Positions 1 through 14,449 of a DNA stretch of 64,000 nucleotides are shown piece after piece. Made by a program: the position numbers and the translations under genes. Position 1 is the stretch's first letter, and each line of letters begins with the position of its first letter. The DNA lies in the NCBI GenBank assembly GCA_958009085.1, contig OY253669.1, positions 248,001 to 312,000 on the forward strand, written 5' to 3'. A model generated the notes under the pieces. The model had not been told where the DNA came from and searched no databases. It saw only the letters and a program-made list of their open reading frames with translations. This DNA is from Protoeuglena noctilucae. Lineage: Eukaryota.

Positions 1-217
1 GCGCAGCAACGGGGGCTGGGAGAGACGTGGAGTTTTCACTGTACCGGTTGAGGAGATGGGCCCTCCGGTGGTCGACCAATGCCGGCTGCCCCCGCTTCCA
101 GGTGCGCCGAGCTGATTTCCTCGGCTTCCCGCGCGTGTGATGTTACGCGCACGTTTTCCAGGGCATTTTTCCTCCTCGACACACCACTCTTGCGAAGGAC
201 ACGACGACACGCGTGCA

Positions 218-2996
218 TGCTAGGCGGCACACGGGCACGACGCGTTCCCCGCGCCCGCAGCGCACAAACTGCCCAACCTCACGGGGCTCGGCGCCCACGA
301 TCGCCTGCGCGTGATTCGGGAGGCTTCCGCGGCTGAGAAGGATGGCCTTCGGAAGGAGCTGGACCGGGCCATGGAGGGCGTGGCGGGGTGCATCACTCTT
401 GGTGAGCCCCGCTCGCCGCCAGCACCCGCGCAAGCGCCACGCTTGCACAGACGGGCTCATGTCCATGGTACAAATGCTGCCGCAGGTTTGTGGAGCGCGT
501 GCGGGCTCCAGCCCAAGCTCATGGGCGGGAAGCGCGAGGTCTGGGCAGCCGAGCAGACGACCGACCCAGCGGCCCAGGGCAGCCGCATGACGCGGAGGGG
601 CTTCGTCGGCTTCGGGTACACACACATGGGCGGGAAGGGCAAGGAGCGAAAGCGACGGTGGCGCGGTCGGAAGGTGTGCGGTTTTGAAGCGCGCAGCGGC
701 AGGCCGCAGCCGTCCCCGCCAGCCGGGACTGGACGTGCGAGTTTGTATTTTTGTCCACAGGGTCCCGCTCGTGATCCTCGAGCGATGCGGAACGAGGCGG
801 TGGCGGAGCTGCGGGGCGGGGACATAGCGGGCGAGCCGCAGGTGGGCGCAGCTGGGAACGACGAGGCTGACGAGGAGCGGCGCGAGGATCGCGTGACGGT
901 CGGATGCGCGGAGTGCTCGGAGAAGGACGCTCTGGAGCAGCCCTGCCGTGTCTGCGGCAGGGCGCCCATCCTCACGGTGCCTCCCGTTGGCGGGGCTTTC
1001 GAGGTCGCTCCACTGCCGACCCTCGGACCCATGGAGATGCCCGCGCTGACGGCGTCGACGGTGACATCTCCCCGGGAGACGCCGCGGCAAGGTTTCCGGG
1101 GTAGGCAGGGCCGCGGCGACGGGCAGGCCGGTGAGGACAGGCCGGGGGTTTCCGGCAAGGGCGGTGGGGACGGTGTGGCGGAGGCGAGGGGTGGGAGTCG
1201 GGCGGCGGAGGACCGGGGCCGGGGACAGCGGAGCAAGCCGAACACGCCGCGCGCGGCCAGGAGGGTGGAGGGCGGCGAGTGGGGGTCGTCGGGGCGGGGC
1301 CGGGGCGCTCGGAAGGGCAAGAAGGCGGGAGACGGGGAGTGGTCGGCCCCGGCGAGGCAGCGGAGTTCGCGAAAGGCGGACGACGAGGACTGGGGGCCGA
1401 TGGCTGCGAGCCCGAGGGGCCAGGTATGCGGATGGGACCACTAGCCTGGGGCTAACGTCGTTGATCGCATCACGTTGGATCACCTTGGCAATGCGCCCGA
1501 GGGCGAGCGCAGTGACTTTTTCATATGTTCCCAAATGCGCCTGCCCCCGCAGAGTCCCAGGTCGCGCAGGCGCGTGGTTCGGACCAACACGACCAGCACG
1601 TCTGACGACACGCCAGTTGGGGAGGGGTCCCTGGAGGGCGGCGTGGAGCGGAAGATGACGGACGAGGAGCTGGCGCTGCTGCTGCACCATGAGTTGAATG
1701 CCACGCACGTGCGGAGGCGGACGCGGGAGCAGCGCGGAGCGGGTGAGCATGCGGCACGCGGCTGCTGGAGGGGAGATAGCAGGAACCCGGATGGGGCGCT
1801 GCGAGTGCCCGCGATGCTGGGATGACAGCTTGTCACTCGAACTCGCCAGACCGTGGGCCGTAGTGGTGGGGTGGGTGAGGCTGTGATCGTTAAAGCGATG
1901 ACCGGGTCATCTCTTGTACTCCTCTGCCTCGCAGGGCCTCCTGCGCCGCCGAGCCCGACGTGGGACCTCCCTACGCCGACGCGCAAGCGGCGGGTCGCGA
2001 CGGTGGCGGAGGCCGAGGCGGACAGCGCGGAGCCTCGTGCGTCGAAGCGGCAGCGGTCGGGGAGCAGTCAGGGAAAGCGCAGCCGGAGGACGTCAAAGAA
2101 GGAAGCAAGCAGCGATTGTGAGATTTTGCAGATGCCACTTGCGCGTGTTGCGTGTGCTGGGTTTCCAGCCTGGTGCCTTGCGTATCACTTGTGCAGCAGC
2201 CTGCCCCTTGTGCTAGCTTCGCAGTCGTGCTCATGCCTGTGGTGCAAGTGTGCTTGCAGGGAGGAGCGCAGAGACTCCGCCGGAACCGGAGGGGCAAGCT
2301 GGCGCGGAGACGGCGGCCGTCGATTGGATCGGTACGGAGGCTGGGCAGGATGACGGAAAGGAGGGCAATAACGGTGGCGACGAGGGTGGCAACGAGGGTC
2401 GCACCGGTGGGGAGGGTCATGTGGCGGTGGCGGCTGTGGCGGAGCAAACGGGGGAGGGAATAGAAATGGACGACGCGCACGGGGCTGGCAGCCCCAGGGA
2501 CGTGGGCGACGTGGAGGCCCACGGCACGCGTGGGGTTGATGTGGGGGCACCGATAGAGACCATAAGCATGGAGGTTAGGGACCAGGGCAGGGAGGAGAGG
2601 GGAGAGGGGAGAGACGAGGCAGCAGAGGATGAGGGGGTTAGCGTAGGAGCTGACCGGGAGGGACCTGGCGAGGCAGAGACCACGCCAAGTGCTGCATTGG
2701 GGCGTGGGGTTGGGTCACAGTCTGACGGGGATGAAGAACCGGCAGAGGTGTTGGGCGATGGGAGAGAGCCGGTCGATGGGGTGAAAGTGAGGCGCGAGGG
2801 GGATGAGGGATGGCGAGAAGGGGGTGAAGACGTGCATGAACGTATGGGTCCAAGGGAGGTCGATGCGGGCGACGAGGGCACGGATGGCGGGAAGGACGGG
2901 GCTCTCGACGGGGTGCGCGGTGTGGGCGACGGTAGCCCTAGAGACTCCCCGAGTGGAGCAGAGGAGGCGGGCGAGGCCGGCGATGGTGCTGAATGA
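218..2996 (+). CDS. Multi-exon uncharacterised, probably nuclear, protein with a Cys-rich (CxxC...CxxC) module and a long acidic low-complexity tail; 5' end uncertain
   Basis: Exon fragments include VTVGCAECSEKDALEQPCRVCGR and MTDEELALLLHHELNATHVRRRTR, which resembles a motif in plant PHD-type uncharacterised proteins. Basic NLS-like stretches (RKRRVAT, KRQRS) and a G/E/D-rich terminal ORF 2250-2996 are present, with GT-AG junctions between the pieces. Confidence 0.45.
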
Positions 2997-3237
2997 CGCT
3001 GTGTTTGACCACAGCAGCGCTGCTCGGGAGCCAGATAGTTTTGTCTTGCTTCGAATAACGGAGATGCTTCGCGCGCGCTTACTAGTAGCATGCATCCAGA
3101 GGGCAGAAGTGGCTACATCGATGGCACAAGTGCCCTACGAACACGCAAGGGTCACCAACATCGCTATCGCAGTGGCAACAGACTAGCCAAGTGGATGCGC
3201 AGGTCAAGCTAGGAACGACAGCATGCTTCTGTCAGTC

Positions 3238-4523
3238 TCAAGGGCTGCCTGATGCCAGGGACGCGGTGGTGTCGTCCCCACCGCCCGACAAAGCCCTCTG
3301 CTCCTCCTCCAGCCGCCGCAGAGCCTCCTCGTACCTCCGGCGCTCCTCAATCTCCCGGTGCGACTGCGCCACCCGCTTCATCTGCGGGAGAGAGGGGCCC
3401 CGCTGCCCATCGCACCCTCGCCACGCCCACCTGGCCCAGCACCATACAATCTGCCCCCGCCGAGCAACCTTACACCGTCACTTTGCATAATGTCTCACCT
3501 GCTCCTCCAGATCCAGCGCGTTCCACCGCGCCCCGAAGTCCAGCAGCAGCCGGAACGCCTCCTCCCCGTCCGGTCCCATCTCGTAGGCGAGGAAGGCGGG
3601 CGTGCATCCCCGCGCGTCCACCTCGTTCACCAGCAGCTCGGCCTTCTCGGGCGGCACCATCGTCAGCATGTACTTGAGGGCCTTGGCCTGCCCCCGGCGC
3701 GCAGCCATGTGGATGGAGGTGCGGCCGTTGTGCACATCACGCATCGCGATGTCCGCGCCGTGCTCCAAGATGAGAAAGTCGATCAGACCTGGGGACAGCG
3801 CCGGCGATCGCGAACTCAGATGCCGCGAGGAATGCGAGACGAGCTAGCCTCACTGCAAAACTGCTGCGTATTCGGCGGATGCCTCACCGACGTGGCCATT
3901 CTCCGAGGCCCAGTGCAGGCACGTCCTGCCGGTAGCGTCCTTGGCGTCCACGTTGAATTTCCCCAGGCTCACGAACTTCTCCAGGGCCGCGCGGTCCCCG
4001 ATCTCGCAGGCCTCGTAAGCGTTCCGGGCAGGGCCCCGAGTGAGGTAGTCCCTGGAAGGAGCAGGGGAGACGGAACACAGTGAAACGAAGCGGAGACGGA
4101 CAGGAACGCAGCGTTCTTTGCGGGAGGCACGCGCCGCAAATGGAAGCTTGCCCCTCGCACCTCTGCTGCGCGGATGAGCGCACGACCCCGACGGGTGCCG
4201 GCCCCGTGGACAGCGCCTTCGAGGTTGCCGCGTAAGCTGTCGCTGCGGGGCTGGCGGACGCGTTGGACGAGCTGGGCGCGGACGCGGAGGTCGTCACAGC
4301 GCGGCTGCTAGCCTGCGTCGAGTTCTTTTGCTGCTTCTGCATCAGGGCCTTCCTCCGAGCCTTGGCCTCCTCTTCCCGAATCCTCTTAGCTTCATCTGCG
4401 GGCGCGCGGGGGGCTCTCTGCCTCTCGGGAGGGACGGAGCGGTCAACCAAACTGCGGCGCTGGCTTTGACCGCGGCAGGGCCCGCTGCCACGGCAAGCGA
4501 TTTCCACAGGAATCGAGTATGCA
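3238..4523 (-). CDS. Ankyrin-repeat protein (spliced; start uncertain)
   Basis: Spliced exons give KDATGRTCLHWASENGHV, RDVHNGRTSIHMAARRGQAKALKYML and DARGCTPAFLAY...RLLLDFGA (ankyrin repeats). The coiled-coil last exon ends at TGA 3238-3240. Confidence 0.8.
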
Positions 4524-5200
4524 TAGCTGGAGGGAATCCGAGCAGGAAGCTCCCGCGGGCGGGCTCAGCATCGCCAGGATGGGACGGCAAGGCTCCGCAT
4601 GCCCGCTGGCCCACGCGGAGACACGCGCCCCGCGAGCGAGAGCCAAGCAGCTGTCCCTACTGCGGTACTAGCGACTTCACCGCCGAAGGGGCCCGTGCGG
4701 CGCTCTCACCCGCGAGGCTCGCCATCGCTCTCTGCTCGACACGCACTGGGCCGGTCAGGCCTGGGCCTTGAACGCCCTAGCAAGCGGCTGTCGGGTCTCG
4801 CTCGGCCTGATGCGCACGCAGACGGAGGCTCGCGGGAATACGCTGCGAAACGGGAGGACGCGCGTCAGACTTCGGCTGAGTGACGATCTTCCCTGCGGAT
4901 GTGCGCTCAGGCGTATGCAATGCTAGGACAGCACCGAGGCGTCCCGAACGAACCCCAGCATCGAGATTTCAGGTATACCCGACGCTGGAACTACGTTGCA
5001 CGCGTCAGTTCCGTCCCCGTGCGCCCGTCTGCGCGCCTCAATCGCGCGATCTGAGCGCAGGCGAAAGACAGCCCTTTCCGAACCGCGTGTGCACCGGGAA
5101 CTGCATGGGGGCCGTGGCCCTGCGGTAGCCCGTAGGCCGGTGGGGCCCCGGATCGCTGGTTTGCGTTGTTAGAAGCAAGGGTACTTCAGAGGTTGCGCCG

Positions 5201-8200
5201 ATGGACCCGGGGCAGCTGGGCGCCGCCCTGGCGGCCACGATCTCCCCTGACGAGGCGCGTCCCCGCATGGGCGGCCGAGCTCGCTCCCGCGCGCATCCGT
5301 GCCGCGCCTGCAGGCCCCCGATGTCCCTGGCACCTGTCGAAGGTCACTGGTCTGCGCGCCCGCAGAGGCCGAGGAAGCAGGGCGAGCAGTTCCTGAAGCG
5401 GGCGGCGACGCAGGACGGTTTCCTTGTTGCCACCCTGCACGTCGTCGCCAGCGAGCAGTTCGACGTGGCAGTGCGACAGGCGGCGGCCGTGCATTTCAAG
5501 AACCACATCAAGACGTACTGGAGCCCGCGGGACAGCGACAGCGCGGACCATGTCGTGGCCGAGCCCGAGAAGGGGCAGGTCCGGCAGCACCTCCTGCAGA
5601 TAATGCTCAAGAGCCCGGGCGTGGGTGAGTGAAGATATGCGTTTGCAGTGGCGCACACCTGGCGGCCCGCCCGGATCGCGGGAGCCGGCGGGATCGCTCA
5701 GCGCTACCGCCGCTGCTTCGGCCGGGCCCCGACGCGACCCGCGGCCGCCTCCGCGCTCGCCCGCAGTGCAAGCGCAGCTCGCGGAGGCGCTGACTCTCAT
5801 CAGCCAGACGGATTTCCCCAAGCGGTGGCCGGACCTGCTCCCCCAGCTCGTGGCGCAGCTGCGCGACCACGCTGACGACTACAACGCGCTGTACGGCGCG
5901 CTGACGAGCGCCAACTCAATCTCCAAGCGTTTCCGACAGGGCGAGGTCCTCGCTGGAGACCTGAACGAGGAGCTGCGGCTCTGCCAGGAGGCGTTCGGGG
6001 GTCCCCTGCTTGACATCGCCCGGGGCGTCACGGCGCAGGTCCAGGGCAACCCCGGGGCATCTCGCGAGTCCCTCACGAACCCACTGCGATGTGCCAGGCT
6101 GGCGTTCCGCATCTGGTACTCCCTCAACTACTTCGGGCTGTCAGAGATGGAGGTGAGGGGCGATGTCATGCTTCCATTTGCATAGGTGCGCGTGGCTGGG
6201 CAGGCCGCTCCCCCAGCTTGCGCAGTGTTGCGCATGTATGGCATAACCTGGCCGCGTGCGGAGTTGCGAGCCCCCACACGCAGCGTCAGTGCGCCGACAG
6301 CAGCCGCCCGTCCCTGCCGCCTGCAGTTTGAGATGCTGGGGGAGTTCATGCAGATCTTCACCTTTTACCTGGCCCTGGAGGTTCCCGCGTTCGTGGAGGA
6401 GGACCCGGAGGTGAGTGGTGAACGAAGGGAGAGCGTCCTGCCAGGGTGGGATGGCCCCACACGGTGCCTTGCAACGTCGCTGGTCCCTGTTGCTGCAGAG
6501 GGAGGGGCTGCTGGACTCGGTCAAGTCCGCGGTGTGCAGCAACATCAACCTCCTCATGCTCAAGGAGGAGGACGACTGGGCGGACCAGCACCTCCCCGGG
6601 GCCCTGACAGGTCAGTCACTGACGTCGCCATGTCAGTGGCTGCGTATTGCGACAGAGGGTGCCTGTGAGGGTATCCGAACGGCCATGCGATTTGTAACTG
6701 CGCCAGTCCGTGTATCTTACATGGGCATGATATCCTGCAGTGCATTGTTGTTGTTTGGAGTCCTTGTCCCGAGGCCGTCCTCAATGCACCTATTGCCCCG
6801 CCCGCAGCGGTGTGGGAGCTGCTCATGAAGGTCACCCCACGCCCTGGCCAGGACTCGCTCGCCATGGAGGCCATCCGCTTCCTCGTCACCGTCGCGCGCT
6901 CGGGGCACCACCAGCTCTTCGCACAGGGCAGCATCCTGCAGCAGATTGTGGAGAGGATCGTCATCCCCAACCTCCGACTGCGGTGACCGGCAGCTGCGAC
7001 CCCAGCCTCCCAACCCGTCCTAGGCTCGCTGGGGAATAGCTGTGGCACGTACCTTGCTTGCGATGACACCACCCTGTGACGCACCGGGACTGGCAGCCGC
7101 CTGCGTCAGTCCATGCACCCCGCACCTGACGCCCTGCCCTGCCCTCCGCCTCCTCCTCGCCCCTCGTCACCTCCGATGGCGCTGCCGGCTCCTGCCGCGC
7201 GCAGGGATGAGGACGAGGAGCGATTCGAGGGCAACTTCATTGAGTACGTGCGGCGCGACGCCGAGGGCTCCGATTCCGACACGCGCCGGCGGCTGGCCTG
7301 CGAGCTCGTCAAGGCGCTGACGGAGCAGTTCGAGCGGCAGGTCACGGATCTCTGCGCGGGCTACGTCGGGGCGATGCTCGGGGTGAGAGGCGTGAAAGGC
7401 ACGCGGGGGGTCATTCGCGTGACCGATGAGGGAGGGCCGCGGGGGTCAGGGACATACCCTCACAGTCGCCACGCATATACTGGTTACCGTGGCTCGCTCG
7501 CAGGAGTACTATGCGGACCCCTTGGCTGCCTGGAAGGCCAAGGACTGTGCGACCTACCTGGTGTCTGCGCTGGCGGTCAAGGGCACCACGCAGGCGATGG
7601 GGGCGACCAAGACGAACGAGCTGATCAATGTGGTCGACTTCTTCTCCCAGCACATCGTCAAGGACCTGGAGGGGCCGTGCCCGTCGGCCATCCTCACCGC
7701 GGACGCTCTGCGCTACGCCACCACGTTCCGCTCGCAGCTGCCCAAGGAGGCGAGTGTTTGTATTTAAACTGCCCGCGGCGAGGGATTTTGAACATCGCCG
7801 GTGTGCTTGTGTGCTTCCCCAGCATGCTCATGCGCTTGGTCAGATAGTCACCCACGCCTCCCAGTGTCCTACCCTACCCTAGAACCCTCCCGGTGCCAGC
7901 ACACCACCACTCGTGCCGTGCCTGAGCGCTCTCTTCACTTCGGCACCCGCAGGTGCTCATGGCGGCCATGCCCAAGGTCATTGCCTGCCTTCGTTCGGAC
8001 GCCAACGTCGTGCACAGCTACGCGGCCACCCTCGTGGACCGACTGCTGGCCATCAAGGAGGCGGGGCGGCCGCGGTTCACCCCGGAGGACATGTCGCCGC
8101 ACATCCAGCCTTTGCTGGAGAATCTCTTCGGGTCAGGAGGCTTGCCGGCGATGCAATGAGCATGTGCTAGAGATGGTGGGCAGATGGCTGGCTTTGCACT

Positions 8201-10624
8201 CTTGGCCCTGCTGTAACGAACCCACGAGCGGCAGCGGGACAGTATGCAACATGTGTTACTCACCCCTTGCTGTCTGCCAGGGCTTCCTGCCCCTCACCTG
8301 CGCTCTGTTCGAAATAGCTCCTCTGCACCACCCCCATCGCCCCGCCATCTCCATCGCCCCACCTCCCCACCCCCAGTGCGCTGGACAAGGACGAGAGCGA
8401 GGAGAACGAGTACATCATGCGATGCATCATGCGGGTGGTGTCCTTCCTGGGCCCCAACGTCGCGCCCGTCGCCGCCGCCTTCGTCCAGATGCTCAGCAAA
8501 GTCGTCCTGACCGTGTGCCGCAACCCGCGCAACCCGGCCTTCAGCCACTTCCTGTTCGAGGCCCTCGCCGGCGTCATCCGCCACTCCCTCCCGGCCCAGC
8601 CTTCCCTGGCAGAGCCGATCGAGGCCACGCTCTTCCCGCCCATCAACCACATCCTGCAGCAAGACGTCCAGGCGAGTGTTGGATTTTTCCATGCCATGTA
8701 TGCGTCACTCCATACCATTCATGCTTCCGCCAGATCGACGAACACTCCCACTGCGTTTGCGCTGGTTCGGATGACGGAGCTATACCGCTCCACCCCGCCC
8801 CACCCCTACGCCGCCCACTGCGCTCCCCACCAATCTTCCCACCCCGCACCCCATCTGCAGGAGTACCTCCCCTACGCCTTCCAGGTCGTCGCGTTGCTCC
8901 TGGAACTCCGGCCGTCCCCCGCACCCGCCGCCTACATGCAGCTCCTCCCGCCGCTCCTCACGCCGCAAATCTGGGAGAACCAGGGCAACATCCCCGCCCT
9001 CGTGCGGCTACTGAGGTGACAGTCTGATTTAGTCTTCGTCTATGTTATGCTTTACCGCTGCCTGATGGTCCTGTTGTCCCAGACCATTCCACCAATCGCC
9101 TCATCCTCGCTTCTTTCGCCGCAGTGCCTACCTCATCCGTGCGTCTTGGGAGGTTGTGCAGGGAGGGCATCTGCTGCCGATCCTCGGCGTTTTCCAGAAG
9201 CTCAACGCCACAAAGGTGCGCAAGGGAGGGCACCTGCTGCCAACACTGCGAGGGCAGGAGCAGCGCATGTGACTTGAAGTGTCTAGCCAGATGGACCCGC
9301 ACCCCCTGACCTTGCTGTGTGCACATGCTCCGTACCGAATGCAACAGTGCCGTTGTCGCAAGAGATGAGTGCCACCATCGCCTTGTCGACAGGATACCTC
9401 ACCTTGGCTTCCCTCACCTCACCTATCGGCCACGCCACGCCGTGCCGCCGCGCCCGCAGGCGTTCGATCACGGCGGCTTCGCCATCCTGGAGGCCCTGGT
9501 GGAGCACTTGGCACTCAAGGACTACGACGCGCACCTGGGCACCATCCTGAGCCTCGTCTTCACGCGGCTGCAGATGAGCCGGACCAAGAAGTACCTGAGG
9601 TGTTTCGTGGTCTTCTTCGGCAAGCTCGTGGTCAAGGTCGGGGCGCAGGTGGTGCTCGACAAGGTGGACGGGGTGCAGCCGGGTCTGGCCATGAGCATCG
9701 TGCAGGGGGTGTTTGGGCCGCACCTCCCGGCCGTCCACGGATCCGATGAGGAGAAGGTCGCGCTCGTCGCAGCGGCGCGCGTGCTCACGCAGACCAGGCA
9801 GATGCAGCAGGTGAGGCGGGGGCCAGGTTGTTGCAGGGTGGCGCGGGCAGCACAGGTGGGCTGAGGACGGTCTTGCAAGCGAGCAGGGCACCTGGCTCCC
9901 ACCTCACGCACCCCACCCTCGCCTCCCTGTCCCATGCATACCACCCTCGCCACCCACCTCACGCTTACCACCCGCGCCACCCACGTCACGCTTCCCACCT
10001 CACGCACCCCACCCTCACCCCCCACCTCACCCTTCCACGCCCTCACCACGCACAGTTCCCCCAGGCGGCGGGAGCCTGGGCCTCGGTGGCCAAGGGCGCC
10101 ATGGAGATGCTGGAGAGGGAAGAGGAGGGGTTCCGACTGAAGAGCCAGGAGGAAGAGCTGGATGACCTCTTGCAAGGGTACTCAGCGCAGTACGCGCAGG
10201 TCAGTCACGCGTGTGTTACATGCGTGCCTCACGCCAGTCTCGCGCTAGTGGGCTCCATCTGCTGAACCGTGCCACGTGTCGCGTCTCACGTGCTGTGCGT
10301 CTCGGTGGCGTTGCGTCGTACGTGTGGACTGACTGAGGGATCCATGTCACGTCGCAAACTCTGTGCTGCGCGTCTTGGTTGCATTGTTCGCGCTGACGGT
10401 GTCGATCCCATGGCCGTCCCCCGCAGCTGGCCAACGCGGTGAGGCCGTCGGAGGAGCCAGTTTCGGACGTCGCCAACGCGGGGGAGTACTTTGCCCAGGA
10501 GTTGGCGAGGTGGAAGCAGGCGCACCCGGGCCATTTGGAGAGCGCGCTGTCGCAGGGCCTGTCCCCGCAGCAGTGGGCGACGCTGCAGGCCTGGATGGCT
10601 GCGCCGCACAGCGTGGGCAAGTGA
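5201..10624 (+). CDS. CSE1: Exportin-2 / CSE1 (importin-alpha re-exporter), multi-exon
   Basis: IBN_N motif [15 protein letters not shown], then [99 protein letters not shown] and [14 protein letters not shown], all characteristic of CSE1/CAS. Confidence 0.95.
9890..10050. repeat. Degenerate C/A-rich tandem repeat in a CSE1 intron (units like CCCACCTCACGCACCCCACCCTC)
   Basis: CCCACCTCACGC-type units recur several times between 9897 and 10035. Confidence 0.6.
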
Positions 10625-11228
10625 CGGGCAGGCCAGCCGCGATCCTCGTTCAGTGGGAGCGTCGAGGGCGGGTGCGGGGCAGGGGCGTCTGGAGTGTCTG
10701 CGTGGTGGCATGGCTGCCAGAGAGGGTTGCAGCCACGAACAAGGGGCCGTGATGGACGGCGGGAGCGCAGCCAAGCATGCAGCCGGGCAGTGCTGCGCGT
10801 GGGTGTGAAGAGGGAATGAGAGGGTGAAGTGGGGCGTGTTCAGACACCATCGCTGGAGTGCGCGGGTGACGGTGCCGGTCTCTAAACGCCGGTCCCTTGC
10901 TGATCTCCTTGCCTTGAGGCAGCTCTGAGGGTCGCAATCGCCGGCCTCCTGTTGCGTGTGCGCGCCGCGCCTTTGGTCGTGACCTCCACGAGCGTTGTTA
11001 GGCGTCTCGACGCGGCGGCGTTGGGACACGAGCCAATCCGTCAGTCCGCTTCAAAGAGAGCAACAGCAGGGCGCCACGGCGCCATCTTTCTGGAACAAAC
11101 ATCCACAGCACTCTACGCATGCCGCAGTACAGCGGCCGGAGTGCAGTCCGCATAGCTGCACAAAGGGTGCGGGTAGGTGTTAGGAACAATAACACAAGTC
11201 ACGCGGAAGCAGGGAGCACAGACTCGCA

Positions 11229-14200
11229 TCAGAAATGCACGCCGGCTCCGTTGGCGTTGACGGCCTTGGCACGAGATCTGCGGCGCGGTTGTGGGGACGC
11301 CCCCACCCCTTGGCCCTCGGCCCCCATGAGCCCCTCCATGCCGCTGTGCCGCTGGTCCGGCCCCTGGACGCACATCATCTTGCTCATCGCCTTCACAGGC
11401 CGGTTCACGGACGCCCACGTCGACCGCATCCACGCGGGCACGGCATCGTGGCCGTCTGCGGCGACAGACGCACACCACGACCCTCCATCGCTCTGTTAAA
11501 CTGGCCAGCCGCGGATACGGGTCCTGACGGCGTCAGTCTGGGGCTGCTAGCGACACCCCAAGACCCCCAAGCGACATTGCGGCCCTCCTAGGTTGCACTG
11601 AACGGTGGCAGCGGCAGCCTGCCGATCGACCAAACGGGTTGACCAAGCGCGCAGCGCAAGCTGCCGAGCGCATGCCAAGGGCGCCACCGTATCGTCATGC
11701 TGGCTCCATGCAGATGCCAGACCCGATGGTATATGACATCGGGTGACACCCTACGTGGACACTCTCCGCCTACCGCATCCCACGTGAGCCCTTGTCCACC
11801 CCATCACTGGCCTCGACGGGCACAGCCAAGGCGCGCCTTGACCGGCCCTCACCTCGGTTGCGACCCCGCCTGCCCCGCCCCTTGCGCTTTCCGTTTGCCT
11901 GTAAGTCCTCCTCATCCTCCCAGTACTTGCGACGTAAGCCCCTCCGCGCCATATCTGCAAACGCAGCACCCGTGGGGGCAGGCGTGAGCCACGGACGCAG
12001 AAACACACAGCAACGCGACGACAGCCACGCGCCTTGCTGTGGGGCCACGCAGTGCAGCCCAGTGACAATGTGCAGTAGTCATACTACTGCCAACAGTCTG
12101 CGCGTCCCCTCACCCATCGACTCGGCGCTCAGCTCCCTGCACTTGGCCGCCACGTCCCCCGGCGTCATCAGCCCCGCCTCCTCCAGGTCGGCCGGGGCGG
12201 GCCGCGGCTTGTTCACCATGTCCAACCCCGTCACCCGCGCACACGCCAGGATCACCTCCGGCAGTTGATCGTCTGCGCGGAGGGCAGGGCCGGCGGACGG
12301 GCATCCAGCACCGCGCGTGAGGGCTGCAGGGCCTTTTACACCAGGCGCACCGGAGCGCCACCCCAGCACGGGCCCAGCCAAGCGCCCGCCGATGTGCGTG
12401 CAGCGCGCAGGTGAGATTTCGCGCCTCACCGGTGTTGCCCTGGACAAGGAAGGCGTGCGCGCAGTCCATGGTGTGCATGCGCCCGCGCATGCCGCTGAGC
12501 GACTTGCGCCCCAGGTAGTTCCACTGGTGGCAGTTCATCGACACCTCCAAGTAGTCCGGGCCACGGAAGAAAACGTGCTGTGGCCGCGTCAGGACCGGCT
12601 TTGCGTTGTACTTGGCCATGAGCGACGTCTGGTAGCCGCTGAGGCGTGCGTCCCTGCCCCACTTCTCCAAATTCATCACGCGGGCGATGAACTTCATTCG
12701 GTCACGCGTGTTCTCCCCGTTGGCCTCCTTTCCGCCCTCCACGAACCGCCGCAGCAGCGGCAGGGCCTGCTGGTTCTCGAACGTCTGTGGGGGGGGTCAC
12801 AGAGGTGGCAGGGCTTACAGGGCGAGGGTGCACAGCAGAGCGAGCGAGGGCGTGGGCGCAGCAGAGCAAGCGAGGGCGAGGGTGCACAGCAGAGCGAGGG
12901 CGAGGGCGTAACGGTGCAAGCTGCGTTCTGCAGGTCTGTGCGGTGGCATGGGCGCTCACAGCGCCAGGGCTTCCCATGCCCGGCAGCCCCTCGCACCTCG
13001 GGGTTGAAGCTGCGCTTCAGGCGGAAGTAGAACACCAGGGAGCGCCCGGGGCCGTCCGTGGCGCCCAGGATCGTGGCGGCGTAGTCGGGGACCAGGTAGT
13101 GCATGATCAGGAAGCGCGGGAGTCCGCCCACATTCTCAGGGACTCCGTTGGCCCGAGGCAGCCTGCGGGGCGAGCCCAGGCAGAGGGTCAAATGGGGGCG
13201 CGATGGCAGGCGCACCCCGCTTCACGGGGCGCCCGCGGCCAGGCGAGCGGCCCGGCACCTGACGCGGCGTGCGACGTTCTCCAAACGAGATTCGGTGCCG
13301 AAAAAGTCCCCGCAGACGAACTCGTACGGGCACTCGGCAGGCGCCGTGATTTTGGTCTTGGTCTTGGCGTAGCCCACGCCACGCAAGACGTGGATGCCGG
13401 TCTCCGTCGAGGTGAAGCAATTCTCCGTCACGTTGCCGTTCGCCAGGCGCCGCTCGTACTCGGCCGGCGTCAGGCGCACGCTCGTGTACCCGGCGCGCAG
13501 GAGGAGAGGCCCCTCCAGGAGCCGCAGGCTCCGCAGCGTGTGGATGCGCTCGAGGACCTCCGGCTTGCTTTTCAAACTCGGCAGGCATCCGTCCAGCGTA
13601 CCCTCCAGCCTGGGCCTGCGGCGGGGAGGCCCGGTCGCGCGGGGTGGCCCGGCAAAGCAGCGGGCGCCCCATGCCGAGCGTCTCCCGAAGCGCACGCTCA
13701 CCGCGCGCGGCCCGGAGTCGGAGGGACTTCAAGTCTTGGCTCGTTCGCGTCGAAGTAGACGTCTTCCGGGGCCCCATCGCTGCCTGCGGACCCATGGGGA
13801 GGGGGTGCTCGGGACGACGCTCGGGCGCGCACCGGGAAGAGGGCCCGACGATCCCTACGGCAAATCTCAAGTGCCTCTGATGTACTGGGGAGTGTGCGCC
13901 CCATCCGACGCCGGCCTTGCCTTTGCGCTTGACTGGGTCGCGGAACAAGTCGGTGCCCCGCGGAAACGGGTCCTCCCAGAAGTCATCGTGCGACACCTCC
14001 GGCGCGCCTGCAGAGGCCCAAGACTCGACAGATCTTACAAAGACATCCAGAGCGTCAAGGAACCAGATGGATTCGCAGCGAGGTGGGAGCAGGGACGGGA
14101 AGGAGATGCTGGGGCCGCGGGTGAGAGAAGCTCCCCGCAAGAGGGTCCCCCAGCGGGCAATATGTTCTGCAAGGGCCCTTGAAGCATGCGTCTCGCCAAA

Positions 14201-14267
14201 TAGTGCGGCCCAGGGTCGCACCTTGGGACAACCGCCTTCCAGAGCCTCCGCAGCACTGGTTTCCCAT
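11229..14267 (-). CDS. DUF1336 / EDR2 C-terminal-like domain protein with N-terminal MGNQCC acylation motif (multi-exon; 3' exons tentative)
   Basis: FLIMHYLVPDY...GPGRSLVFYFRL, RMKFIARVMNLE, KYNAKPVLTRPQHVFFRGPDYLEVSMNCH, AFLVQGNT and LPEVILACAR match the DUF1336 pattern. ATG at 14267 begins MGNQCCG. Confidence 0.8.
12820..12910. repeat. Intronic tandem repeat (GGGCGAGGGTGCACAGCAGAGCGAG-like, about 3 imperfect copies)
   Basis: The unit is visible at about 12820 and about 12875, with a degenerate copy between them. Confidence 0.6.
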
Positions 14268-14449
14268 CCCCTGCTTGATGTGCGCAAAACAAGGCACGGC
14301 AGCGGGTCGCCCTGTCAGGCTGTCCACATATGGCTTCGACAAAGTCAGTGCTGCAAAGACGGCACGCTTATAGGGTGCTAGGCGGCTCTGGGCGCTTTCG
14401 AGGAACTCCGCTCGGGTCGTCGCACAGTGACTGCGGACGGCGTGCCGCC